From assembly GCA_964442815.1 (NCBI GenBank), contig CAYUAL010000001.1:1-27484 (forward strand): 27,484 bases of DNA, read 5' to 3'. The DNA comes from an uncultured Alphaproteobacteria bacterium (GTDB taxonomy: Bacteria; Pseudomonadota; Alphaproteobacteria; 16-39-46). Positions 8,237-17,423 of the stretch are shown here, piece after piece. Positions within the stretch are counted from its first letter, which is position 1. Every line of letters starts with the position of its first letter. The translations under genes were made by a program, and so were the position numbers. The notes below the pieces were generated by a model that was not told where the DNA came from, made no database searches, and worked only from the letters and a program-made list of their open reading frames with translations.

Positions 8237-10309
8237 TTAGTAGGAAGCCAAAGCAGCTAACAAAAGCAACGCTACGATATTAATAATTTTAATCATAGGA
8301 TTAACAGCGGGACCTGCTGTATCCTTATAAGGATCCCCAACAGTATCTCCTGTTACTGCAGCCTTATGCGCTTCAGAGCCTTTACCCCCGAAATGGCCAT
8401 CCTCAATGTACTTCTTTGCGTTATCCCATGCGCCGCCGCCAGATGTCATGGAAATAGCTACAAACAATCCTGTAACGATGGTTCCCATAAGCATAGCGCC
8501 TAAAGCGGTAAAAGCTGAAGAAGCTCCTGCAATATATCGAACTACAAAGTATAGAACGATGGGAGATAATACAGGAAGAAGAGACGGCACTATCATTTCT
8601 TTAATAGCGGCTTTTGTTAATAAGTCCACAGCACGACCATATTCTGGCTTCGCTTTTCCTTCCATGATCCCTTTTATTTCTTTGAATTGACGACGTACCT
8701 CAACAACAACAGCACCTCCAGCACGACCCACTGCTTTCATTCCCATGGCTCCAAAGAGGTAAGGAAGCATTCCTCCAATGAAAAGTCCTACCATCACGAA
8801 AGGATCTTGAAGGGAGAAGCTCACATTCAAATCTGGAAAGAAATGCTTCAGATCTTCAATATATGCAGCAAATAAAACAAGCGCCGCAAGACCCGCAGAT
8901 CCAATAGCGTATCCTTTTGTCACAGCTTTTGTAGTATTTCCAACGGCATCCAAAGCATCTGTCACTTTACGTACTTCTTTAGGCAAATTAGACATTTCCG
9001 CTATACCACCAGCATTATCTGTAACAGGACCATACGCATCTAATGCCACAATGATTCCTGCTAAAGCCAACATAGTTGTAGCAGCAACAGCAATACCATA
9101 AAGCCCTGCAATCATAAATGTTATGATAATACCCGCACAAATAACCAGAACAGGAAGCGCTGTTGATTCCATAGAAACAGCAAGCCCTTGAATAATGTTC
9201 GTTGCATGTCCCGTTGTAGAAGACTCTGCGACGCTTTTTACAGGTCTATATGCTGTGGACGTGTAGTATTCGGTGATCCATACTAAAAGACCTGTAATAA
9301 CTAATCCTGTTAAAGAACAATATATGAGATCTTTTGCCTCAAGGGTATACCCTTCATACATAAGAGTTTGACCTTCAAATAACCAGTGAGTAATACCAAT
9401 GATAAAGATAGCAGAGAGTAATGTTGCAGCTATCAAACCTTTATATAGGGCTCCCATAATATTGGCATCTTTTCCTAACTTGACAAAAACGGTACCTATT
9501 AAAGAACCAATAATACAAACTCCTCCAATCATAAGAGGATAGCTCATCATTAACCCTTGCATATCGCCTGCAAAGGAAATAGCTCCTAAAAGCATCGTTG
9601 CTACCAACGTTACCACGTAAGTTTCAAAAAGATCTGCAGCCATCCCTGCACAATCTCCTACGTTATCCCCCACGTTATCTGCAATAACAGCAGGATTCCG
9701 AGGATCATCTTCAGGAATTCCAGCTTCAATCTTTCCAACTAGGTCAGCCCCGACGTCTGCGCCCTTTGTAAAGATCCCTCCTCCTAGACGCGCAAAAATG
9801 GAAATAAGAGAAGCTCCAAAACTAAGAGCTATTAAAGCTTCTAAAATATCTCTGGTAGATGCTCCCCAATGCTGTAGTAGCATATAATAAACTGTAACAC
9901 CTAAGAGCCCCAAGCCTACCACAAGCATACCTGTTACAGCACCAGATCTAAAGGCTATAGAGAGGGCACCTTGCAATCCATTTCTAGAAGCTTCTGCTGT
10001 ACGCACATTAGCACGCACAGAAATATTCATTCCTATGTATCCTGCGATACCTGATAAAAAAGCACCTATGAAATATCCTAAAGCAACTTCAAGACCCATC
10101 AAGAAACCTAAAATTGCTCCTATGACGATACCTACACCAGCAATGGTGGTATATTGACGGTTTAGATATGCTTTTGCACCTTCTTGAATAGCGGAAGCAA
10201 TCTCACGCATCCTTTCTGTGCCTGTTGCTGCTCTTAAAATAGATCGGGTTGTAATTAGCCCATATAAAAGAGCTAGAATTGCGCAACCAATAATAAGGGG
10301 ATATAGCAT
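8237..10309 (-). CDS. hppA: Membrane-bound H+-translocating pyrophosphatase, K+-independent type
   Basis: [70 protein letters not shown] and many TM helices. GNTTKA (Lys rather than Ala) marks the K+-independent subfamily. Confidence 0.96.
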   Translation of the reverse strand: MLYPLIIGCAILALLYGLITTRSILRAATGTERMREIASAIQEGAKAYLNRQYTTIAGVGIVIGAILGFLMGLEVALGYFIGAFLSGIAGYIGMNISVRANVRTAEASRNGLQGALSIAFRSGAVTGMLVVGLGLLGVTVYYMLLQHWGASTRDILEALIALSFGASLISIFARLGGGIFTKGADVGADLVGKIEAGIPEDDPRNPAVIADNVGDNVGDCAGMAADLFETYVVTLVATMLLGAISFAGDMQGLMMSYPLMIGGVCIIGSLIGTVFVKLGKDANIMGALYKGLIAATLLSAIFIIGITHWLFEGQTLMYEGYTLEAKDLIYCSLTGLVITGLLVWITEYYTSTAYRPVKSVAESSTTGHATNIIQGLAVSMESTALPVLVICAGIIITFMIAGLYGIAVAATTMLALAGIIVALDAYGPVTDNAGGIAEMSNLPKEVRKVTDALDAVGNTTKAVTKGYAIGSAGLAALVLFAAYIEDLKHFFPDLNVSFSLQDPFVMVGLFIGGMLPYLFGAMGMKAVGRAGGAVVVEVRRQFKEIKGIMEGKAKPEYGRAVDLLTKAAIKEMIVPSLLPVLSPIVLYFVVRYIAGASSAFTALGAMLMGTIVTGLFVAISMTSGGGAWDNAKKYIEDGHFGGKGSEAHKAAVTGDTVGDPYKDTAGPAVNPMIKIINIVALLLLAALASY

Positions 10310-10472
10310 CTGTTTTTATCTCCATAAAAATATGTTTATAATTAGGTACGTACTCTAATGGGATTTCCCCCAACAGGTCAATATCCTTTATGTTTGTTAC
10401 TTTATGAACCTTGCAAAAGCATATAATTATTTTTACAATTAAAATAAAATATATTTTATAAAGGACCTAAAA

Positions 10473-10850
10473 ATGAACAAACTAATCTCTTTCTTAATAT
10501 GTTTTTTGAGCAGTATTATGATAGGCAACATATCTGCCTATGCGTCTTTGGACCCATTGCTCTCTCTTAACGATAACACTGGCTTAGAAGTTCTTACGAA
10601 AGAAGGCGCACAGCAAGTTAAATCAGGATCTCTTATTGATAATATTGTTGATGAAATATATAAATGGGGAAATGGGAGCAGAGAAAATATTGAGCGAACA
10701 AAAACTGCTCAAAATAAAACTACCATGGAACCAGGCTGGGATACAGTACGTTCTGGACAGATGCAACCGGACGAATTTAAACGCCTTATACGAAAAAAAC
10801 TAGAAGAGAAACTTTCTAATCTTCCTATACCTCAGGCAAACTCAAAGTAA
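10473..10850 (+). CDS. Small exported hypothetical protein
   Basis: 125 aa. AAGGA RBS upstream; MNK-hydrophobic-AYA signal peptide; no recognisable domain. Confidence 0.75.
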   Translation: MNKLISFLICFLSSIMIGNISAYASLDPLLSLNDNTGLEVLTKEGAQQVKSGSLIDNIVDEIYKWGNGSRENIERTKTAQNKTTMEPGWDTVRSGQMQPDEFKRLIRKKLEEKLSNLPIPQANSK

Positions 10851-10876
10851 TATAGGCTTCTCATGCTGGTCTTATA

Positions 10877-11224
10877 TTAAACAAGGTTATTCCCTTGTTT
10901 CTTTTGAAATGCCTCAAGAAGCTCCTGAACTGTGCTGATTTCTTTAAGCCCAAGACCTATACCCTGTTGGATCAGGAGGTCTTTTTTTCCTTTGGGAATA
11001 AAGGCCATTTTGAAACCTAGTTTCTGAGCTTCTTTGAGGCGGATTTCTTCTCCATAAACCATACGAATATCACCGGAGAGTCCAACTTCTCCTAAGAATA
11101 CCGTATCTAAAGGAAGGGGCTTATTATGGCATGCTGATAGGATAGCTACGACCACCGCTAAATCAGCAGCAGGCTCCGTAACCTTTAAGCCCCCTGCCAC
11201 ACTCACATATACACCTTTATTAGA
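10877..11224 (-). pseudogene. radA: Second, diverged copy of the radA 3' end (open frame; could be translated as 109 aa from GTG 11206)
   Basis: Reads SNKGVYVSVAGGLKVTEPAADLAV...GEVGLSGDIR...EAQKLGF, nearly identical to RadA at 13054..14436, but lacks the Zn finger, ATPase domain and first part of the Lon-like domain. Confidence 0.85.
10901..11224. repeat. Direct repeat copy A (partner 13060..13386)
   Basis: Hand alignment of 10979-11218 vs 13141-13380 gives 23 differences in 240 nt (about 90% identity), with identical tracts of 56 and 49 nt. Confidence 0.95.
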
Positions 11225-12860
11225 ATTTGTCTAAAAACTTTGTAAAATCTATTGGACGTAAAATATCAAACTCACCTTTTCTTAGGACAGAGTCATACCC
11301 CATATTAGATGGTTGAGGTTTTACTTCTTGGGCATTAGGGTTTCGAAGATAGGCTATAGCGGATCCCTCAAAGTGAAGTCCTAAGTCAAAATTTCCCCTA
11401 ATAAAGTTTATATCAGGCCATTGGGGTTCTTGGTCTCTATAAGCGGGGTCTTGAAGCGCAATAGAGGATTTCATGTGCATTACAAGTTCTTCTACTGGGG
11501 TATGTCTACTATTGGTATTTTCATATCCTCGTGCCCAAGAAAATCCTACTGATTCTCTTATGTTTGATCCTCTTATGTTTGGGTCACGAGTTTGCATATC
11601 TGCAAATACATGAAAATAAGTATCTAATAGACTTCTATTAGGGGTATGTCTTATATGACTTTGGAGGCACTCTAAAATAGGAAGTATAAGTGTACGTCGT
11701 GATTCTTCTAAGGAACCAGCAATACGCTCAAGATCCCATTCTAGTATTTTTTCTCTAGCCCTGGTGCTAAATGGGTAAAGACCTTGTCGCAGGCGTATAG
11801 CTAAGGGTGCTGTTATATACAAGGTGGAATCGTATAGGTATAGCCTTTCATAATCTATAGAGCTAACTTCTAATAAGGTTCCATCAGAGGATAAATGCAT
11901 AACCCCGTTACGCCATTGGTTATCGCCAGAAAGCGTCATAAAAAAAGCTATTAAATCATCTTCTACGGTATCTTGACTAAAACAACTCAAGCCATAATTT
12001 CTTTCATCTTCTGTAATTAAAGGGAGAATAGAAATTCTTTTTTTCTTATTGTTAATACTGTAGCCTTCTAATACACGTGTAAGGTCTTGCAAGCGTTCAA
12101 GGTCTGGTAGGCGTATGGCCTCTTCCAGAAGATGTCCATATTCTTGCTCATCCTCTTCTTTCATATCAACCCACTTTGTGGTGTGTGAGCAAGACCAAAG
12201 AGCCAATGCTGGAAGGGCTCCATGAGGATGAGGCATCTTATTTAAAATGGTAGTAAGAGGCGTTTGTATTGTAGGGTCGTGTGGGTTAAGAATTACTACA
12301 GGTTGAACAATTCCATAAAAATTTCTTACTTCATACCCATCGGACGTTTGGTAAGTTAGAGGTAAGTTCCTAACAACATAACCAGGAGCTAATGTTTTAC
12401 CAAATCCAGCCTCCTTAAGAGAAGCTGATGCTTGCACAAAGCTGTCTGCTATATAAGTATTTCTCTCATACAGTCCATTTGACTCAAGTGCAGCTCGGAA
12501 TCTAAGTGGTGTTTGATTGAAATCACTTGCCTCTTCTTCGCTGAGTTTCCATTTTGGGTCATACCCTTGTTTTAAAACAGCAATGGTCCGGTCTCCCTCT
12601 TGTACTGTAATCATAGGCGTAGTGTCACCGTACATAGAAGCAGCAGCTTGAATGGGATTATGTTGAGAAGCTTGAATTACGCGAGCTAAAAAAGCCTTTT
12701 CTTCTCCAGAATCCCCAGCATAAGCAGATGAACTCCCAGCAGAAGGATCAAAGGCCCAAGCTAAAGAAATAGACATTCCAATAGGAATACCTATGATCAG
12801 TGCAATAATTAATTTCTTTATAAAGTCTGGGAAAATCTGATTAACCATATTTTTTTTCAT
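11220..12860 (-). CDS. Exported hypothetical protein with putative atypical (PI3/PI4-kinase-like) kinase domain
   Basis: 546 aa. Signal peptide ending SLAWA-F. Ordered motifs IAVLK97, YE132RNTYIAD, YGIVQ186, D313NQWRN318 and SID336YE match the spacing of PI4K type II/HipA-like kinases (VFK, E..AY.LD, GS.Q, DRH..N, IDHG). Kinase call is from motif reading only. Confidence 0.55.
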   Translation of the reverse strand: MKKNMVNQIFPDFIKKLIIALIIGIPIGMSISLAWAFDPSAGSSSAYAGDSGEEKAFLARVIQASQHNPIQAAASMYGDTTPMITVQEGDRTIAVLKQGYDPKWKLSEEEASDFNQTPLRFRAALESNGLYERNTYIADSFVQASASLKEAGFGKTLAPGYVVRNLPLTYQTSDGYEVRNFYGIVQPVVILNPHDPTIQTPLTTILNKMPHPHGALPALALWSCSHTTKWVDMKEEDEQEYGHLLEEAIRLPDLERLQDLTRVLEGYSINNKKKRISILPLITEDERNYGLSCFSQDTVEDDLIAFFMTLSGDNQWRNGVMHLSSDGTLLEVSSIDYERLYLYDSTLYITAPLAIRLRQGLYPFSTRAREKILEWDLERIAGSLEESRRTLILPILECLQSHIRHTPNRSLLDTYFHVFADMQTRDPNIRGSNIRESVGFSWARGYENTNSRHTPVEELVMHMKSSIALQDPAYRDQEPQWPDINFIRGNFDLGLHFEGSAIAYLRNPNAQEVKPQPSNMGYDSVLRKGEFDILRPIDFTKFLDKF

Positions 12861-13053
12861 AAATGATGCCTCAAAATTAATAATGCATAATTTTCTTACT
12901 CTTGTTATATAAGAATGCTTTTTAAGAATATCAAGAGCTGGCTTTAAAAAAATTTAAACAGATATGAGACTAAGAAAGAGTGAGAGAACCCAAAAAGGGG
13001 TTAGTTCTACAACTATCTCTCGAAATGTTTGAGTATAAATAGAGAAAAAAATC

Positions 13054-14436
13054 TTAGTGCTTTTGAAATAATCCAAGAAGCTGCTCTTGAACCGTACTTA
13101 ACTCTCTAAGCTCTAACCCAACGCTCTGTTGAATCAGAAGGTCTTTTTTTCCTTTGGGAATAAAGGCTGTTTTGAAACCTAGTTTCTGAGCTTCTTTGAG
13201 GCGGATTTCTTCTCCATAGACCATACGGATGTCACCAGAGAGTCCAACTTCTCCTAAGAATACCGTATCTAAAGGAAGGGGCTTATTATGGCAGGCTGAT
13301 AGAATAGCAGCTACAACGGCTAGATCTGCTGCAGGCTCCGTAACCTTTAAGCCCCCAGCAACGCTGACATAGACATCCTTATTGGAAAAAGTGTAGCCAC
13401 ATCGTGCCTCTAAAACAGCCAAAAGCATGGCCAAACGCCCATAGTCCCAACCTACTGTCGTCCGCCGGGGCGTCCCATATGGAATGGAAGTTACCAGAGC
13501 TTGAATTTCCATTAAAAGAGGTCGTGTACCCTCCAAACTTGCAAAAATACTAATCCCACTAACAGGTGCCCGATCATGCGCTGGGAGAAAAAGCCCTGAG
13601 GGGTTTGTTACTTCTTGCAAGCCACGCTCTGTCATTTCAAAAACGCCAATTTCATTAGCTGGGCCAAAACGATTCTTTACAGAGCGCAAAATACGATAGG
13701 GATGTCCGCGTTCCCCCTCAAAATACAAAACCGCATCTACCATATGCTCCAAAACCTTAGGACCGGCAATAGCTCCTTCTTTGGTTACATGTCCTATGAG
13801 AAAAACTGTAATTTCCTTTTGCTTGGCAGCTTGAATAATCTCATGTACAGACGTGCGCACCTGCGTCACTGTACCTGGTGCCGCCTCAATTCCTTCTACA
13901 TACAATGTTTGTACTGAGTCAATAACAAGATAAGAAGGAACTTTATCTCCTTCCAAAAGTGTTAATATCTCTTGTACTTGGGTAGCCGTTGCTAACGCTA
14001 AAGGACCTTCTTTAACCCCCAATCTTTCCGCACGCAAACGGATCTGGGCTCGGCCTTCTTCGCCGGATACATACACACAGTCTGCCAATCGAGATAAACG
14101 ATCTGCAATTTGCAGCATAATCGTGGATTTTCCAATGCCAGGATCCCCTCCTATGAGGATAATAGATCCGGCTACCAGCCCTCCCCCTACAACTTGGTCA
14201 AATTCTTTACACCCTGTTAGTGTACGAATGGGACTTTCTTCCTTAGCGGCTAAAGGGACGACTTCAAGAGTTTTATGAGCGTACCCCTTCCCTTTCTTCT
14301 GGAAAGAGAATCTATCCTTTGTGGTTACTTCTTCTTCTAAGCTATTCCAAGCTCCACAACCAGTGCACTTCCCCGTCCATTTAGGGTGAACAGTACCACA
14401 CGCTTGGCACACATACTGATGAATAACTTTGCTCAT
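13054..14436 (-). CDS. radA: DNA repair protein RadA/Sms
   Basis: CQAC..CTGC Zn finger, GGDPGIGKST Walker A, VIDSVQT, KNRFG motif, Lon-like C-terminal domain. Confidence 0.98.
   Translation of the reverse strand: MSKVIHQYVCQACGTVHPKWTGKCTGCGAWNSLEEEVTTKDRFSFQKKGKGYAHKTLEVVPLAAKEESPIRTLTGCKEFDQVVGGGLVAGSIILIGGDPGIGKSTIMLQIADRLSRLADCVYVSGEEGRAQIRLRAERLGVKEGPLALATATQVQEILTLLEGDKVPSYLVIDSVQTLYVEGIEAAPGTVTQVRTSVHEIIQAAKQKEITVFLIGHVTKEGAIAGPKVLEHMVDAVLYFEGERGHPYRILRSVKNRFGPANEIGVFEMTERGLQEVTNPSGLFLPAHDRAPVSGISIFASLEGTRPLLMEIQALVTSIPYGTPRRTTVGWDYGRLAMLLAVLEARCGYTFSNKDVYVSVAGGLKVTEPAADLAVVAAILSACHNKPLPLDTVFLGEVGLSGDIRMVYGEEIRLKEAQKLGFKTAFIPKGKKDLLIQQSVGLELRELSTVQEQLLGLFQKH
13060..13386. repeat. Direct repeat copy B (3' end of intact radA)
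   Basis: Aligns to 10901..11224 with one 3-nt indel near the stop. Confidence 0.95.
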
Positions 14437-14448
14437 AAGAGAAGTTTT

Positions 14449-15222
14449 CTACTTTACATTAACAGGGATGGGACCTTCCATTTCGCCATGGATAAACTGC
14501 TTAAGATATGGATTCTTACTTTTTTCTAAATCTTTAATCGGACCTGTCCATATTATTTGCCCGTCATAGAGCATGGCTACTTTATCGGCGATGGCTCGTG
14601 CACTAATAAGATCGTGTGTGATTGTAATAGCAGTGGCACCTAATTCTTTCACACACTTTATAATGAGGCTATCAATAACTGTGCGCATAATGGGATCTAA
14701 CCCGGTTGTAGGCTCATCAAAAAATAAAATAGCGGGACTTGTGGCAATGGCACGCGCAAGACCTACACGCTTTTGCATTCCCCCTGATAATTCTGCAGGC
14801 ATGAGTGTCGCTGTTTTCTCTGTAAGCCCTACTGCTAGCAATTTCTCAATGGCTGTCTGATGTGCTTCTTTCGTAGGAACACCTCTTTGCAAAAGTCCAA
14901 AGGCTACATTTTCCCAAACAGGAAGGCTGTCAAATAAGGCCCCACCTTGAAAAAGCATACCAATTTGGCCTAAAACTTCATCTTTCTCTGAGTTTTTAAG
15001 GGAAAGAACATCTTGGCCATCAATAAATATTTTACCGCCATCGGGCCGCAAAAGACCTAAAATATTTTTTAACAGGACAGATTTTCCTGTGCCTGATCCT
15101 CCTATAACAACTAAGGATTCTCCCTTTTCAATTGTTAAGTTGACATCCTTTAGCACATGATTAGATCCAAAAGATTTTTTTAAATTTTCAAGGCGAATTT
15201 TAGGGGTTGAGCTCATGCGCAC
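14449..15222 (-). CDS. mlaF: MlaF/Ttg2A-type ABC transporter ATP-binding protein
   Basis: GGSGTGKS, GMLFQGGALFDSL, LSGGMQKRVGLARAI, FFDEPTTGLDP; adjacent to mlaE. Confidence 0.9.
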   Translation of the reverse strand: MRMSSTPKIRLENLKKSFGSNHVLKDVNLTIEKGESLVVIGGSGTGKSVLLKNILGLLRPDGGKIFIDGQDVLSLKNSEKDEVLGQIGMLFQGGALFDSLPVWENVAFGLLQRGVPTKEAHQTAIEKLLAVGLTEKTATLMPAELSGGMQKRVGLARAIATSPAILFFDEPTTGLDPIMRTVIDSLIIKCVKELGATAITITHDLISARAIADKVAMLYDGQIIWTGPIKDLEKSKNPYLKQFIHGEMEGPIPVNVK

Positions 15223-15228
15223 GCTTTC

Positions 15229-16005
15229 CTAGGAAGCAAATAAAATGGCTGTCAGTAAGTAGTTCAGAATTAAGATAAGGATAGAAGCCGATACCACAGC
15301 AGAAGTCGTTGCCACACCAACTCCTTGAGCTCCTCCTCTAGAATTAAAGCCTGCATAACACCCAGCAAGAGCGATAATAAAACCAAACACCGCTGCTTTT
15401 ATTAACCCTGAATTTACGTCTTCTGCTTTTAAATATTTAAAAGTCTGATCCAGGTAGAGAGCGGGGTTAAATCCTAGTTTATAGGTTGATACAAGATACC
15501 CACCAAATACACCAATGGCATCTGCTACAAGGACTAAAAGAGGAAGGACGATAACTCCTGCCCATAAACGTGGCACGATAAGATACTTATAAGGATTCGT
15601 CGAGAGAGTTGAAAGTGCATCAATTTGTTCCGTAACACGCATCGTTCCTAATTCGGCTGCTATGGAGGCCCCAATACGCCCTGCTACCATCAGACCAGCC
15701 AAAACAGGCCCAAGCTCCCGTGTCATAGATAAAACCACAACCGTCGCTATGGAACTTTCCGCCGAAAAGCGCGAAAATCCTGTGTAGCTCTGAAGAGCTA
15801 AAACCATTCCTGTAAAAATAGCTGTAAGACCAACTACAGGAAGAGAAAGATATCCTATCTCAAAAAATTGCCGGACTAGCTGCTTGAAGAAAAAAGGAGG
15901 CCGAAAACAATGACTAACAGACTCAACGGTAAAAAGCGCAAAAGCCCCTGCTGCCCTTAAAAAAGAAAGAAAAACACGGCCAACTGTTTGAATGAAGGTA
16001 ATCAT
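15229..16005 (-). CDS. mlaE: MlaE-family ABC transporter permease
   Basis: RELGPVLAGLMVAGRIGASIAAELGTMRVTEQIDAL, GGAQGVGVATTSAVV. Confidence 0.93.
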   Translation of the reverse strand: MITFIQTVGRVFLSFLRAAGAFALFTVESVSHCFRPPFFFKQLVRQFFEIGYLSLPVVGLTAIFTGMVLALQSYTGFSRFSAESSIATVVVLSMTRELGPVLAGLMVAGRIGASIAAELGTMRVTEQIDALSTLSTNPYKYLIVPRLWAGVIVLPLLVLVADAIGVFGGYLVSTYKLGFNPALYLDQTFKYLKAEDVNSGLIKAAVFGFIIALAGCYAGFNSRGGAQGVGVATTSAVVSASILILILNYLLTAILFAS

Positions 16006-16057
16006 ACCTTTTTATACCTTTTATTTTTTCTCACCCTATCATTTCTTATGCCCCTCT

Positions 16058-17320
16058 TCAATGCGGGTTAGGATGTTCTTTGTAAGAAAAATAATAACTC
16101 CCTATGAAAGTTATAAAGGCAAGCCCACTTAGCACAAGGGGTAAGACCCATAAGCTAGAATAGTAACTGATCAAGAAAGTTAAGCAGCTGGGCAACAAGG
16201 CCATTAAAGCAAAAGTTACATTATAGCAAAAAGCAATCCCCGTATAACGGATTTGAATAGGGAAGAGCTTGATCATTAAGGAAAAATAAGAAGGCGCAAG
16301 AAGCGTAATAAAAAGCTGATGCACTAAAAGAAAGAGCATCAACACAAAATTGCTGCGCAAAAATAACAAAGAAAAAAGAGGAACGACACAAACCGCATAC
16401 GCCAAACTTGATTTTAGTAAGATCTCTCTCTTTGAAAAATTATCTGAAAACGTACCCGTTATTGTCATCATAACGGCACAAAAAATAAGGCTTATTGTCG
16501 TGAAAAAATATACTTCCTTTGGCGCATACCCAAAATACGTGGGTAGGTAAGAAGGAAAGTACAAATTTGTAACGACAAGAGCCGCAAACAAAATAGTCAG
16601 CAAAATCCCTTTTATAATAGCTAGAGGGTGCTCAAGAAGAAGTGTTTTTAGGGGATTTTGTACCTTGATAGGAGTTTGCTCAAAAGCTGGTGTTTCTTGA
16701 ATTCCTTGTCTTAGGAAAAATAAAATAATACCGAAAATCCCACCCATTAAAAAAGGAATACGCCATCCGCCTGCCCAAATCTGAGACTCAGATAAAAAGA
16801 CGGTTAGACTATAAAGCACAAGAGTTGCCACAATAGCACCTACCGTCGTGCTGGAAATTAAATATCCATTAAATTTTCCATGATGTTCAGGGGCAGAAAA
16901 CTCTCCCAAAATAGTCGTGGCGCCTGGAAGCTCCGCTCCAAAAGAGAGGCCCTGCAGAAATCGGCATACAACGAGTAATAAAGGAGCAAGCAAGCCTATA
17001 CTGGCATAATCAGGTAAAAATCCTATGGCTAGAGTGCTTGCTGCCATTAGTCCTGTCAGCATCAGAAAGGCCGGTTTCCTCCCAAAACGGTCACCAATAA
17101 ACCCAGCCAACACACCTCCAAAAGGCCTGGCAAAATACCCTACGGCAAAGACAAGAAACGCTTGTAAAAGAGCTGCTGTATTATCCTGAGCTGGAAAAAA
17201 AGAAATACTAAAATATTTTGCCATCATCCCATAAATGACAAAATCATAATATTCGAGGATAGATCCAGCCCCGACCCAAAGAAACACTTTATTAAAGCTT
17301 TTTAAATAAGAGGGTGCCAT
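16058..17320 (-). CDS. MFS transporter, MHS (ProP-like metabolite:H+ symporter) family
   Basis: LEYYDF, RPFGG..G..GDRFGRK, RFLQGLSFGAE, WRIPF..GG, IQETP, R.TG; about 12 TM segments. Substrate unknown. Confidence 0.88.
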   Translation of the reverse strand: MAPSYLKSFNKVFLWVGAGSILEYYDFVIYGMMAKYFSISFFPAQDNTAALLQAFLVFAVGYFARPFGGVLAGFIGDRFGRKPAFLMLTGLMAASTLAIGFLPDYASIGLLAPLLLVVCRFLQGLSFGAELPGATTILGEFSAPEHHGKFNGYLISSTTVGAIVATLVLYSLTVFLSESQIWAGGWRIPFLMGGIFGIILFFLRQGIQETPAFEQTPIKVQNPLKTLLLEHPLAIIKGILLTILFAALVVTNLYFPSYLPTYFGYAPKEVYFFTTISLIFCAVMMTITGTFSDNFSKREILLKSSLAYAVCVVPLFSLLFLRSNFVLMLFLLVHQLFITLLAPSYFSLMIKLFPIQIRYTGIAFCYNVTFALMALLPSCLTFLISYYSSLWVLPLVLSGLAFITFIGSYYFSYKEHPNPH

Positions 17321-17423
17321 TTTTATTCTCCCGGTAGAAGTGGAATGTCTATTCCTTGTAGTATTATTAATAGGGCTTTAAGTTTATACTGTCTATATAC
17401 TACGGATCAGTCTCTAAGTTTAT

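Noticed and set aside
11555-11581. 12-nt exact repeat ctcttatgtttg at 15-nt period (PNIRG-SNIRE) in the kinase-like gene
   Set aside because: Only two units, in frame; a minor local duplication with no evidence of an array.
12986-13008. Hairpin aaccc-aaaaag-gggtt downstream of radA as a terminator or att site
   Set aside because: Only a 5-bp stem, no clear U-tract, and no counterpart beside the other radA tail copy.
14449-16005. Absence of mlaD next to mlaE-mlaF
   Set aside because: mlaE-mlaF-radA without an adjacent mlaD is a familiar alphaproteobacterial arrangement; not anomalous.
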